Shown piece after piece: positions 16,001 to 28,800 of a DNA stretch of 64,000 nucleotides (positions are counted from its first letter, which is position 1; each line of letters opens with the position of its first letter). The stretch is from Auanema rhodensis. Taxonomy: Eukaryota > Animalia > Nematoda. The notes beneath the pieces are model-generated. The model was given only the letters and a program-made list of their open reading frames with translations, had not been told where the DNA came from and searched no databases. The stretch is from positions 16,740,001 to 16,804,000 of the forward strand of contig OZ059894.1 of assembly GCA_964057225.1 (NCBI GenBank). Reading direction: 5' to 3'. Both the position numbers and the translations under genes were made by a program.

Positions 16001-19000
16001 TCTCTGACTGCTCCTTGTCTAGGAACAATTCCTAGAGGAGCTTCCCTCTCTTTCATTGAAGTAGTAGAAAATGATGATGGAAAATGGCTTCGTTTAACAG
16101 ATGAAACAGCAGCCTTATATGGAAGTCTCAGCGATGAACATGTTCGTTTTATTTAAAAAAAAATTATAAACACGGTATATTTAGGTTTGGTGTTTGGCAT
16201 ACAGTAATCATTTGCGAAGAGAGCTTATCCCAACTGGAGAGGATGGGAATAAGGATGTTGATCGAGCTCCTATTCGTCGCCAAACTGATCATCCTATGCC
16301 TCCAAATATTAGTTCTCAGCGTAGTGTTGTTATAGACACTAATGAGGTACGGAAGCAAACTAACTATATGTTTTATAATTAATTGATTTACAGATATATA
16401 TTTTGGAATCTGGTGAATCTTTACCTGTATATGCTAGGCCATCTCCCGATGCTCTAATAGATGGTAATAGATTAGAAGGAAGACGTGAGATATCTAGTGA
16501 CGGATGGGTCAGTAATCATTATGGTGTTTGGATCAAGATGAGTGGAACTCAACGATTTGTTTTAATCGAGGTAATTACTTATGATACATATTATTCATAT
16601 ATAATCTTTGATATTATTCAGAGTGCTCTTGGAAAAAGCTCAATACATTCTCAATCTTTCTCCACTAATGGAAACGATGATGAAGAACCATCACCTATAA
16701 AACGTACATCAATAGGGTAAGTGAAAAGTTTTATTTCAAGTTATAATATGAATTTGATTTTAGAATAGTTGCTCTACCCGCATTACGTCCTCTTGTTGCT
16801 GATTGTACTCGAGCTGTATTTGCTGCTTTCTTATGGCATGAACATTTAGTTAAAGATGCTATGGCTGCAGCAACATATCTCAAGTTTCATCAGCATCTTC
16901 ATAATGTAAGGATTTCCTTAAATTATTTTTATATTTCATATATCTAGATGTGGTCATCAACTGAACAACAAACTGCTGCCGTACCTCCGGCTTTACAACC
17001 AATAGTTCGATTATGGAATGGTAATATTCAATTAAAATTGAATATAAGTTATCATTTTAATAATTATTTTCTAGAAGTTTGTCAAGCTGTTCAAGCCAGC
17101 ATAGATCAACACCTCATTATGCCACCAGCTTCTGCAACTATTAGTGGAAAACGGAATAAGAAACGTGACGTATGTGAATAAGTTTGGAACACTGAGAATA
17201 TATATTTTCTTTAGAACTCTGCCGGAAATTGTGAATTATGCGAAGATGCTTTCAAAGTTCCTATTGCTGTTCATATGAGAATGTCTCATCCTGGTTGTGG
17301 TTCAGATTCTCAAGGGTATCTAATCATATTCAAATAGTTAAATAAAATATATATTGTTCCAGTTATGGTTATAACTCAAAAGGCAGACTAACAACAGGTT
17401 GGTCAGGAGAATGTGGATCTGGTGGTCGAACTGGATCCGCTTGGTATTTGATGTGTCCGACTTGCCGTAACCGATATCTCAAGAAAACTCCTGCCGGATT
17501 CCGACAAGTGAGTTAAGCTATTTAGATGAAAAATTCACTTTATTTTGCAGGAACGAACCAAAAGATGGCGAGAGTTCCGATTATCAGCAACGTCATTTGA
17601 ATCTCGACCTGAAGTCATCATCAAGCAAAATGCCTTATTCTTGCTTGATTTGAATAGCTCAATTGATTGTGATTCAAAGACGTCGTCCACATCCTCAGGA
17701 TGGGCCGTAAATTTATTTCCTACTCAGACTCCAAGCCCGGTATCCAGAAGTGGTGTTCGAAGCAAGGTAAATCTTTGCAAAGACTATTTTGTTTCATAAA
17801 TTTTATATTTCAGCTTGATACTTCTCAACTAGCTCGCTCTTCATTTATGGCACATTCAGTAATGAAAATGGGTCATTCATCTGATCCTGGTCCGAAAGGT
17901 CCTCTTATGTCCCCACCAACCCAACAAGCTCCAACTTCTTCGCTGGGACAATGTCGTGTTCATCAATCCATAAATGAGAATAATCAAGAAGTAACTATCA
18001 TTTTGAATCAGAAGCTCTTGTAACACGCTTAACTATTTCAGGTTTTACAATCACCATCAGCTGCTTTGAGAACTTTGTTGTCTGGAAATGCTCCAACAAC
18101 CACATCCATATTGAAACGACCAGTCATGTCTTTCGTATTAGAACATCACGATCTAAAAAAGTTTTTTTCATTCATATAACTCTTCTATTTATTTTTTTGA
18201 TTCAGAATCCGTGAAGCATGCGAGTTATCTATTCGAAGAGCTGTAAGCTTTTCTCATGCCTTCCGTGTTTGGAACTGGTTATTACGCCTAGTGTCTTCAG
18301 AAACTAGCGTTTCTGACATCATATTCCAATATCTTAGTGCCCTATCATCATACCATCGGCTATCACTTGGATCACAAAGTTCAGATCATCAAATTCTGCC
18401 ACATCCTTGGCGATTATGTTTTTTGGCTGGACCACTTGCAGGTATATCAGTTTGGTATAGTTAAATAGTAACACATTTTTGTTTTATAGTTAAAGTTGTT
18501 CATCATCTTCACGCATTTCTATATACGATTGCTGTTATTCTACAATCCACTGGAGTAGATGCTAAGCTTCGATCTCTTTGTTTCAAAGCTTGGACTATTC
18601 AACTAACAATTCACGAACAAGAGCTTCTAATACTAACCTGTAACATATTAGCTACAGTTGGTGGAGTATTATCTGATGGTTCAACATCGGATAATTGGAT
18701 ATCTAATTCATCTAGAGTTTTCCAACAACCAGATTCTGTTGATGTTAAGGTTTTATTTTTTTTTATTTTTGGGTTATTAATTTGTTGTTCAGGAAATGAA
18801 AGATCTTACACTATCTGTGCAAATTGAAGCCAGTAGCAGACAAGCAATGGTAGTTTGCTTACAAGATGGTAATCCGGATACTTTCTGGGAAAGTGGTGAT
18901 GAGGTGAGAAATCAAAAAATCAAAAAATATCATTATTCTTATTTATTTTGAAGGATAAATCGAGACGTCGTTGGCTTTCCGTAAAATGTGATGGTGAAAA

Positions 19001-22000
19001 TATCACACCAGTACTTATGTGTGTTTATATTGATAATGCAAAAGATGAAGCATATCGAACTGATGAAATTATATTTCGAGGAACATTAACATCAGATGGA
19101 AGTCGTAAAGAGCTGTTGCATCGTAATTTAGAGCTTGTAAGTTTGATTTTAAATTTCACGTGAAAATGACGTAGACTTCTAAATTCACTCTCATTTCTAA
19201 AAATTTACGTGAACGTTGCCATTGCTGTTTCGATTTTATTTATATTTTTCTAATCATTTTGGACTGCACTTAACTTAAATTTTCTAATTTTCAGAATTTC
19301 GCGAATTGGATAACGTGTTGTATCGCTGGAACATCTCATATACAAATTAGTCTGAAAGGATCTAGTAATTCATTAAGAGTTCGACAGGTTTTCAATAAGA
19401 AAACTTTAGTTTGATATCAATTTTTAAATTTTCAGTTATCTGTACTTGGATTTTCATCTCGCAATTCATATGATGTTATTAAGCCATCCACATCACATCA
19501 ACTATTTTTCAGCAATACTCAGCTAGATGCTTTCACATTGTTTCAAGCTATTTCAGCACAGGTTTCTAAGAATCAAAGTATTTATATTAATATAATTAAA
19601 TTTAGGCTTTTGGATCAGAATTATCAGAAAATCAACAAGGTACTTTACGTGAACGCGTTGTTGATCTTCTCTGTAGTCGTGTACAACTTCAACCACTTCA
19701 AAATTATGTTGGAACTCAAGTTGTGAATGCTCTTGAAAGGTTTATATTCATTATAGAGTTTTTTTAATATTTTTTCTTCTTCAGAGAAGTTGATTTACTA
19801 TGTTCCTTAACAAAGCGTAATTACTCATATGCTTGTGGATTACTTGATATGCTTGAAAGAATCTGTGCAAGTCGAAAAGGAGGAGAACTATTTGCAGCCA
19901 GAAATACAATTTTGATTGCCATTAGTCAGCTTATAATTTTCGCTCCACAGGTATATTTTTCTTTTTGTTTTTTATTATAAAATATAAGTTGTTCAGGTTG
20001 TTCAATGTCAAAGCATTCATGTTTTGGAGAAATTACTTTCATTCTTCTCTCCGGAAACAGTGGATGTTGCTCGTTTCTTGAAGAATATTCTTATTGTTGT
20101 CTCGAAGGTTATTATTCTTCAAGTACGAGATAAAGCATCTCATACAGTTAACACTGCTGTTATGAATGTAAGTTAATCTTCATTTGCAAGCATAATGCTT
20201 ATTTTATAGGAATCCTTAATAAATCCACCTACGGCTTGGAGAGTTGATCGCGTGATATCACCTGAAATTGGTCGCCTCATGACTCAGCTCATGGGAAAAT
20301 TAACGTAAATCATTCGGTGTTATTTTATTATGAATATGCTTTAATATTTCAGTTCCGGATCATTTTCTCCTGAGTGGACTCAGTGCATTCGTCATGAGCT
20401 AGCGTCAGCATTACTTAATGTTGTCCAGTTAACCACATCATTATGCACTTCAGCATCAAAAGATAGCATAAGTAGAGATTCAGTATCGTCATTCTTAGGC
20501 TCGAAAAGGTTCAGAATTAAAATTAAATTATCTTTTACATGATATTTATATAGATTTTGGTTATCTGTAGCTGCTTTGGCACTTGTTAAAGATAAAGGTT
20601 GGCTGAAAACAGCAGAACACTGGGGATCTCTTCAGGCTCAAAAAGAAGAAAAACCTGAAACTATGTGTGAAAATCATGATGATGGCCAAACTATAGCTCA
20701 GGTTGATCAGTCAAACTCCAGTAATAACTTGAAGTTACATATTTTTAGGTATATTGTACTGTTTGTGAAACAGCTCTTTGTCGCGAATGCTTTACTGTCA
20801 TGCACTTACATAAGAAAAACAGAAACCATCAAGTTCAAGCTCTTTCACAACCAGCTCAAGGAGCTGATATTGATATTCATCAAGGATGTGCTCGATTACG
20901 TTTACAACAGTTATTGGTATGAAAATAGTTAAAGCTGTTTCAATATTAATTTATTATTTTAAAGGTTTTGTTCCATGGAGATTCATTGAATGGATTAGTT
21001 GAAATATCTCATGAATTGTTTCCAAATACTTCTACTTTTCCTGTTCTCTATAGATCAACTGCTGCTCTTAATCAAATCCATAGTTGTCGGTTTTGTGGAA
21101 ATCTGTTGGATGGTCAGAAACAGGTAAAGCCTCTCTACAAATTTCATATTTTTCTAATGTTAAATCGTTTAAGATGTTTGGAGGTGTATGTGATCATCAA
21201 GATTGCGTAGCTTTGGCTCCATCTGCTTGCGAGGTGTTGTTACCTTGTGGACATTTCTGTTCTGGAATAGCGGGTGAAACAACTTGTATGCCTTGTTTGA
21301 ATTGTAATAATGATGGTAAAATTAGTTAAAAATAACCAATTATAATATTAATTTATATTATAGCAAATCAACAAGATGGCGATGATGTATGTGTCATCTG
21401 CTTTACCGATCGTTTAGGAGCTGCTCCAACAATTAAGCTTGATTGTGGTCATCTGTTTCATTTTAATTGTTTAAAAACAATTCTTGAAAAACGATGGAAT
21501 GGACCTAGAATTCATTTTCGTTTTATTAACTGTCCCTTGTGTAATCAACAGGTAACGTTGTTGAGATACTATGATGTATATGAGCATGCTGTAGATATCT
21601 CATACTGGATTGAATGATTTGTTGGAGCCAATATTGAAGTTGAAAGAAGATGTTGTTCATAAAGCTAAAATGAGATTGGGTTATGATGGGCTAAAAGAAT
21701 GTGCTGCTGTAACTGACGACAAGAGGTACTTTGAATATTTTTAAAAAAAACTTTCAAAATATTAAATTTAAGCGAATTTTACAATAAGCCAGAAGAATAT
21801 GCTATGGAAAGATACATGTATGTACTGTGCAGTCAATGTAAGAAAGCCTACTTTGGCGGTGAAAGTAGATGTCAACTGGTAAATAATTTTATTTATATTT
21901 ATAATTACAGCTGTATTAATATTTCTAATTTGTTATTTAAGGCGTTAAACTCCTCACAATATAATCCTGATGATTTGATGTGCGGTGGTTGTTCCGATAC

Positions 22001-22393
22001 CACAGGAACTCAGGTATGTATATCTGATGTAAAAGTTTGAATGTAAATTTATGCTTTTTTTCAGGTTTGTGGTAGACATGGTGTAGAATATTTGGAATAT
22101 AAATGTCGATATTGTTGTAGTATAGCTGTATACTTTTGGTAAATTATATACTTCACTATATTAATTTAATTTAATTCTTTTCTAGTTTTGGTACAACACA
22201 TTTTTGTGCTGCATGTCATGATGATTTTCAAAGACTTATGTGTCTTCCTAAGATTCAGTTACCTCGTTGTCCAGCCGGTCCTCGTGGCATTGAGCTTGAA
22301 GAAGGGCCATGCCCTCTTAAAATTGATCATCCAGCAACTGGCGAAGAATTTGCCATGGGTTGTGGTATCTGTAGGAATATCAACACTTTCTAA
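7066..22393 (+). CDS. rpm-1: PHR-family (PAM/Highwire/RPM-1, MYCBP2) E3 ubiquitin ligase, about 70 exons
   Basis: RCC1-like repeats (GKTHAVAI...[12 protein letters not shown]), PHR domains ([16 protein letters not shown]; GQIPELYY; GQIPYLLY), DOC/APC10-like segment (TFWESG), B-box (MCENHDDG), RING-H2 (CVICF...CGHLFH) and tandem-cysteine domain with both catalytic Cys (YFGGESRC; AVYFCFG). Ends [11 protein letters not shown]. The frame holds across 69 GT-AG introns by hand count. Confidence 0.96.
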
Positions 22394-22724
22394 TAATTGT
22401 TCTCAACTCTCTCATATATTATAATTATTTAATTAATATTAACATTTTTTTCATTTTAAATACAAAACTCCGGGTTTTTTTGACTAAAAATTAATCTGAA
22501 AACAATCTAGTCATGAACACCTTCATTTATGCTTATCTAGTCATCAAATGCTGTGCCAAATATGATTGTTATTCGTTTGTTTTACTGAATCTTCTCAATA
22601 TTAATAAGCATAATAATATTTCTTTCACATTTGTCTCATCTCATTGTCGATTCTTAATATTATTTGCCAAATAATTGATCTCAAACGGAGTTGTGCCTGT
22701 AAACGGGTTTATAATTTTTGTATT

Positions 22725-22730
22725 AATAAA
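22725..22730 (+). terminator. Probable rpm-1 polyadenylation signal AATAAA
   Basis: AATAAA about 330 nt after the stop, followed by a U/GU-rich tract. Confidence 0.5.
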
Positions 22731-22916
22731 TATTTTGATTGTTTTATATTATATTTGTTATAAATAAAAATTAAAAATATATAAATAAGAATATTAACTA
22801 TTGAATACAACCGCTCTATTCATCTGAATTCATTTAAATTCACTAATTGATTTAGGTAAAAAGGTTTTAGTTAATTACAAAAGTAAAAACATGAGATATC
22901 ATTTCGTCTTCAATTA

Positions 22917-22997
22917 TGACCCAGAAGTTAGGTAAACAGGGCAATTTCACCTTATAAAAGGATGGCTAAGCGAATATAACTAGGTCAGATATATAAA
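22917..22997 (+). promoter_or_regulatory. Promoter of the ground-like gene: ROR/NHR-23-type elements and a TATA box
   Basis: ATAACTAGGTCA (22976-22987) fits the ROR monomer consensus. An inverted TGGGTCA lies at 22917-22923 and TATATAAA at 22990-22997, about 60 nt before the ATG. Confidence 0.55.
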
Positions 22998-23058
22998 CAA
23001 CCTTTTCTTAACTTCTTTCGTAGTTTAAGTAAAATATAATCATCATCTAAATCCTATA

Positions 23059-24904
23059 ATGAAGTTGGTGATTGCTTCAATTTTAATATTATTTATCCGA
23101 TATGCTGATGCCGGACCAGTAAAAACATCATTATGTTGCTGTGGATGCACCAAGGTTTGTCCATAAACTTCAACTTTAATGCGTTTATGCTTAACATAAT
23201 AATTAGTTGCATATTTTAAATTGAATAACTCTAACTTTCTACTTCACAAATGGTTTAAACATTTTTAAGGAGCCATGTCCTTCTGTTGGACCTACATGTG
23301 GCTCTCCTAGACAATCATGTGGCGGCCAACTTGATATCGATGTTGTTCGATGTGATGGTAAATTATCTACTAAGATTATTGCTAGAAAATAATTTTATAC
23401 TTTAGAACTTCAACGTCTTTGGGATTTGGCTGAATTAAGAAGAGAAAATGATACAGTGAACACTGAAGATGTAAAATACTTTATAAGCATCATTGAAAAT
23501 ATAAAAAAAGATTTTAGGCTTCTTCTCCAGGATTCACCCCATTCTTATCCGAATCAGGAATTCCATATGCTATTCATGACAAAGTTTCTCAAAGTGCTAT
23601 GAAAGATTTCTTTGAAAAAAAGAACTTTGAGTAAATATATCATAAATTGATCGTATGTAACTTATCATTTTCTAGAAAAAATGGAACATCAGCACTTGAA
23701 ATTCGTTTCAGTCCACAGAAGAAGGTAATTTAAATAATTTAATTATTCCATTTTTTCAATAAACTTTTAGGAAAAATCTGATAAATTGACAATTAAACGA
23801 ATTGACAATATGTTAACTGAACTTGAAGATATGATTGCCATGATGAGAGGTGCGATTTTTTGGTTTTAAACTATCAGATTACTGAATTTCAGGTTTGACT
23901 GCCGATGTTTCTGCTATAGAAGAAGTCGAAAAGAAAATATCAAAATTCGCTGCGGAAAATACTTCATCTTTGAAAACAGAAACACCAGCAGAGATTGAAG
24001 GATCTTCAGATTCAGAAAATCCAGCGTTGGATGACACAATTCTGACATCTACAGTGTCTAATATGGATGTCGAACATCTATCTGAACATATGAATATTTC
24101 AAGCAACAATACTTCAAACACAAACATCATTGATGATTCCATTACTGTTTCAACAACTCCAGAAAACTCCGAATTTATTTCTGAAGGAACTGAAGGGACA
24201 TCCGAAACTGATCCCAGTTTGGATTTCCTGTTCGAGGGAGCTCTCCCTGATGACGAAGAATCCAAAGCAATCGACGAAGTTATCAGAAGAATGAAAGAAT
24301 CAATTGGAAAGTTGTCTAAAGCTGATTCGAGCAAAGCTTCCAGTCTATTCCAAGTATTTAATCTTCCAAATTAATCTTATCTAATATCAAATATAGGTTG
24401 ATTCTTCAATCTCTACTGGAAGTCCAACTGAGAGAAGAGAAAGAGTTAAGAGAGCAGGTATTCATTTCAATTTACAACTTTTTTTCATTGAAATACATAT
24501 TTAAGCTGGAGAAAATTGTAACGATCTTACATTAAAAAACATAATCACAGACGTAATTTAAAGTTTTTTATCTAAATCATTTAATTTTTTTCTTTGTAGA
24601 ATATAGCTCATGATGCCAAGAGCTCTAAGAGAGCTATTCAAAAGGCTGCTGAAAAGGAATTCGGAGGTTTTTTCTTTCTCTTTTTAAAATCTTTTTCAAT
24701 TGTGTGTAAAACCTTTTCAGGATCATTTAATGTAATCTGTAGTCCATGTGAATTCAGCTTTGTCGTCAGTTCTCAAAAGTTCTGTGAAGGTTATAAAGAC
24801 CAGGTAAAATCAATGTTTTACTTTGAATTGGCAATGACAAAAACTTTTTTTTTCAGCTCGCATGTTTTGTTTTCCTTCAACCTCCAACTACTCTTACTAA
24901 CTAA
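23059..24904 (+). CDS. Secreted hedgehog-related ground-like (grl family) protein, 12 exons
   Basis: Signal peptide MKLVIASILILFIRYADA, N-terminal Cys cluster, acidic S/T-rich spacer and RVKR furin-type site. The C-terminal ground-like domain reads CNDLTLKNII...SSKRAIQKAAEKEFGGSFNVICSPCEFSFVVSSQKFC...LACFVF. Confidence 0.88.
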
Positions 24905-25805
24905 TATATTCCATAAGAGGAAATAATAATAATAATTAATAATAGAACAATTTGATTCTCATCATTTTAATATATAAAAATATAAATATATATATATATA
25001 TGTGTATATGTAGTATATGTGTGTATATAGTGTGAAAATTTTTCATTTTAAAATTTTAGTTATTAAAATGGTTAAGTACATACATAAAAATCAAAACAGC
25101 ATTTAAGTGAGCTGGACATGAAATGTCGAAATTTGAATATCATTTTTGAAAAAAAAAAAAAAAAAACTAATCTATAGAAAACTGAAATAGTCATCTATAT
25201 CTTATACATAGATACAATTTGAGACAAAAGTCTCTGAACTCTGATTCCAAAAATCGACATTTCATGAGCCGAATTTGATTATATCACAAGTAATTATTGA
25301 CAAGATTCACAGAAGTGAAAAATCAACGGAAATTGCGCAAAAGTTCAAGACAAAAGTATGTCGAGATATTAGAAATTAATGTTCTATATTAATTAAAATA
25401 AAATGATAATTATAATAATAATAAGATTATAAGAAATGAGATTTTTGACACCTTTCGTTAAACTTTTTTTTCGTTTTCATTAAAAAAATCATAAGAATTC
25501 ATTTCCAAAATACTTGGGAATTTGTTTAAAATTTTTAAAACCGATGTGTATGATGAGATCATGACAGGTAAAAGTTCACAAAAAAACTATCTATATATGA
25601 TGAATATCACAGTTAAATTGGAGCGTTAATGTACGAATTTAGAACAATGCAAATCTTTTTTTTTCTTTTAATTATAATTATAATTTCCGAATTTTTAATG
25701 AACCCTCATTCGGATTCATTGTTTCAGAATGGAACTATGATAAGAGTAAGAAGAAATATGCTAAAGTGAAGCTCAAGATGATGTCTTATGTGTTTCAAAA
25801 ACATT

Positions 25806-28800
25806 TCAAATGCGTGTTCTTGAAGGCGGTTCGCCACGGGTTGTCCCATTGTCATCAATAGTTATAGCTGGAACATTAGGTTGTGGTGCTTCCGATTCGT
25901 CCCAGTTAGCATTTCGAAGACCTTGTAACGGTGGAACAGGTGCAGTTGGCGGTCTATAAACACAAGATTTCATCATAGTTGAAACCGTTTTGTGACTGAG
26001 TTTAAGATAAAATATTTACTTTTGCCATCCTTCTTGATTTTCACTCCATGATACACTTCTAGAGACTACATTACTTGGGCATTCCAAATGTGAAGCACCG
26101 CTCTCATTCAATTGCATTGTTGAGCCCATTGGTATTGTTGATGGCGTATGTCCACCTAAAATTATAAATTATAAAAAAAATATTCATAGAAAATACTCTT
26201 CCTACCACGATCTGTTTGTGCCATATTCATAATTAATCGTTCGAGGTTTTGTAAACGACTGCTGATGCTGTCGACAGTGGCCAAACGATCACCGATCATC
26301 TCAAACTTGGTTCTCATCTCACTACGAACATTCGACAATGAACTCCATTCCTAAACAAAATCTTCATAATTGAGTTCAACTGGGAAAGAAAGCACCTTTG
26401 CTCCCTTCATATCATTACTCCAACTTGTTCTAGATAGAGCATCTTCATCAACAGTTTGTCTTTTCTGGAAATATAACAAACTAAACATGTACAAAAAGAT
26501 TTTCCAAGAAACACGCAATTCAAACACTTCAAATCAGTGCTAGAGTTAGAATGCATTCAAACGATCACATCCAATAAAGGCTCACGTGGTTAAATACACA
26601 AAAAAATTAAAAAAGGAACGCCAAAAGCATTTCAAATCTTCAATCGGCTAAGAAAATCGCACAAAACATGCCTTTACTAGATGTGGATCGCTTACGCTTG
26701 TTATATCAATTCCTCCTACCAATAGAGGTGGCCGTTTTCCAGCAGATTTAGCTCCAATACGAGGCGATCGACAAGGATAACTGGCTGATAATCCTCCAGT
26801 AGTTTCATCAACCATTGAATGTAACGATGGCATACGCTGCATACTTTCAGTGTTCTTTCGTAAACCCTAGAATATAAGAGGAAAAATAAAAACAATACGA
26901 ATATATGGAGTATAGAAGACGTTTTGAATCAGAAGTAAAATAGAAGAAAGTTTTTCTTTCGCTCTATGAGCCATAACTTCATAGATTTGGGAGTTAAGAC
27001 ACAATGAATTTTTTTTTGAGCTCAAAGCCAGAATATTTGGATACTTATTGTTCAATCAACCAAAAGATAGGTGAACACAACTTACAAGTTTTGCTTTACA
27101 TTTTCTTCTATGCAACTAATAAAAACAGAGAAAAGATATTCACAAAACATATGAAACGGAAAGTATGGGCTATTTTTCTTTAAAAGGACTAAGAAATATT
27201 CACCAAAAATAGAACAACTCAAAATATTTTTATAGGTTTAAATATTGAAAAAACTGAAACTTTTCTTTAAAATTCCAAAATAACATATTAAGTTCAAGGA
27301 ATAGTATAAGAAAATAACCTTTTCGATGTCCGCAAACATTGGACTTGGAAAAATACGAGGCCCATGACGTTCTCGCATTCGAAAGAGCAGTTTGCGAACT
27401 GGATGATCTGGAGGAAGTTCGAGCTTTTCATTTTTACGCTTAGCAGCTAATTCCTTTTCTCTCTTCACATCAGCTACCTGAAAATGATATTGTTGAAGTA
27501 TAATCATATAGATTAATTCTAACAGAACTTTCAATCCGAAAAAAAAAAAAAAAAAAATTCAAAACTAACTTTGCGGAATTTCAAACGATGCGTTAAATTG
27601 TATGTTAATACTAAGTTTCTAGCAAATGAATTTGCAAATGCTTTATAGAAGTTCAGAACCTAAAATACAAAAAGATTTTACTATTTTTCATACATAAAAC
27701 TTGTTTTACCTCCATTAATTTATCTTTTTTGATCATATGTAAATCTGTATATGTTAGTGATCGAACATTAGCTGCTGATTGTCCGGTTGAACCGTTATTC
27801 TTCCAAAATTCATCACCAAATACGTCCCCTTTGCCTAATATATTTATTCATTTATTTCTATTAATTTCTCTGGTTTTACCTAATATTGCTACTACTTCTT
27901 CATCTTGAATAACTTCTAATGATCCACTGGCTACAAACCATAGAGCATCTACAGATTCACCTGTATGATATAGAAGATCACCAGGAGCAGCATGATTATA
28001 CTGAAATGAATAATGATTCTGTTGTTAAAGAATGCATTCCTACCTCCAGATACATAGCTAACGATCGTAAGCATCCATCTGATGCTAAACGGAAACATGA
28101 ATGTTCATTGAAGACTTTCCGATTCAAATGAACACATATATCAGCTTTCATATCTTTAGGACAATACCCCAACACCTATAAATCAATTTATTTATATTTA
28201 TTATAAATTATATTAAAATACCTTCGATGTATCAATTCCTTTTGTCATCGCCCATGTCGAAACTACATAATCCATTACCCTTTCAGCTAATTCTTTTGGA
28301 ACTTCTTGTAATTTTATGAATTCTCGTACGTTACTAATCATATCATGATATCTGTTAATAATTTTCGATTAAATAAAATCGAAAATGTTAATCATGCTAA
28401 TACTAATCTTACCTAACAGTTGCTGATGTCATTTGTTGGATAATAGTAGTCATATGACCGAAAATAGCTGCATATAATAGAGCTGATATGATCATCATAC
28501 ATACACCGAAAACCTTAAAGTATAGCTTTCAACAAGAGTTATATCTCATTTCATTTCTTCTCATTCTTAATTTCACTGATTTCAAATCAAATTTTCATTT
28601 AAATATTACATTTCGTATAACACGGTTGTTCTGTTTTTTTTTTTGGATTTTATTGAAATATATTCCACTAATATACATTATTTTCAGATAATAACTTACC
28701 TTTTCATTATCAGTATTACTAGCGATATTACCAAATCCAACAGTTGACATACAACTCATGGTGAAATAGAGAGCTACAAACATATTTATGAACTTTTCGT

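Noticed and set aside
23879-24334. 151-aa minus-strand ORF
   Set aside because: Antisense shadow of the large grl exon.
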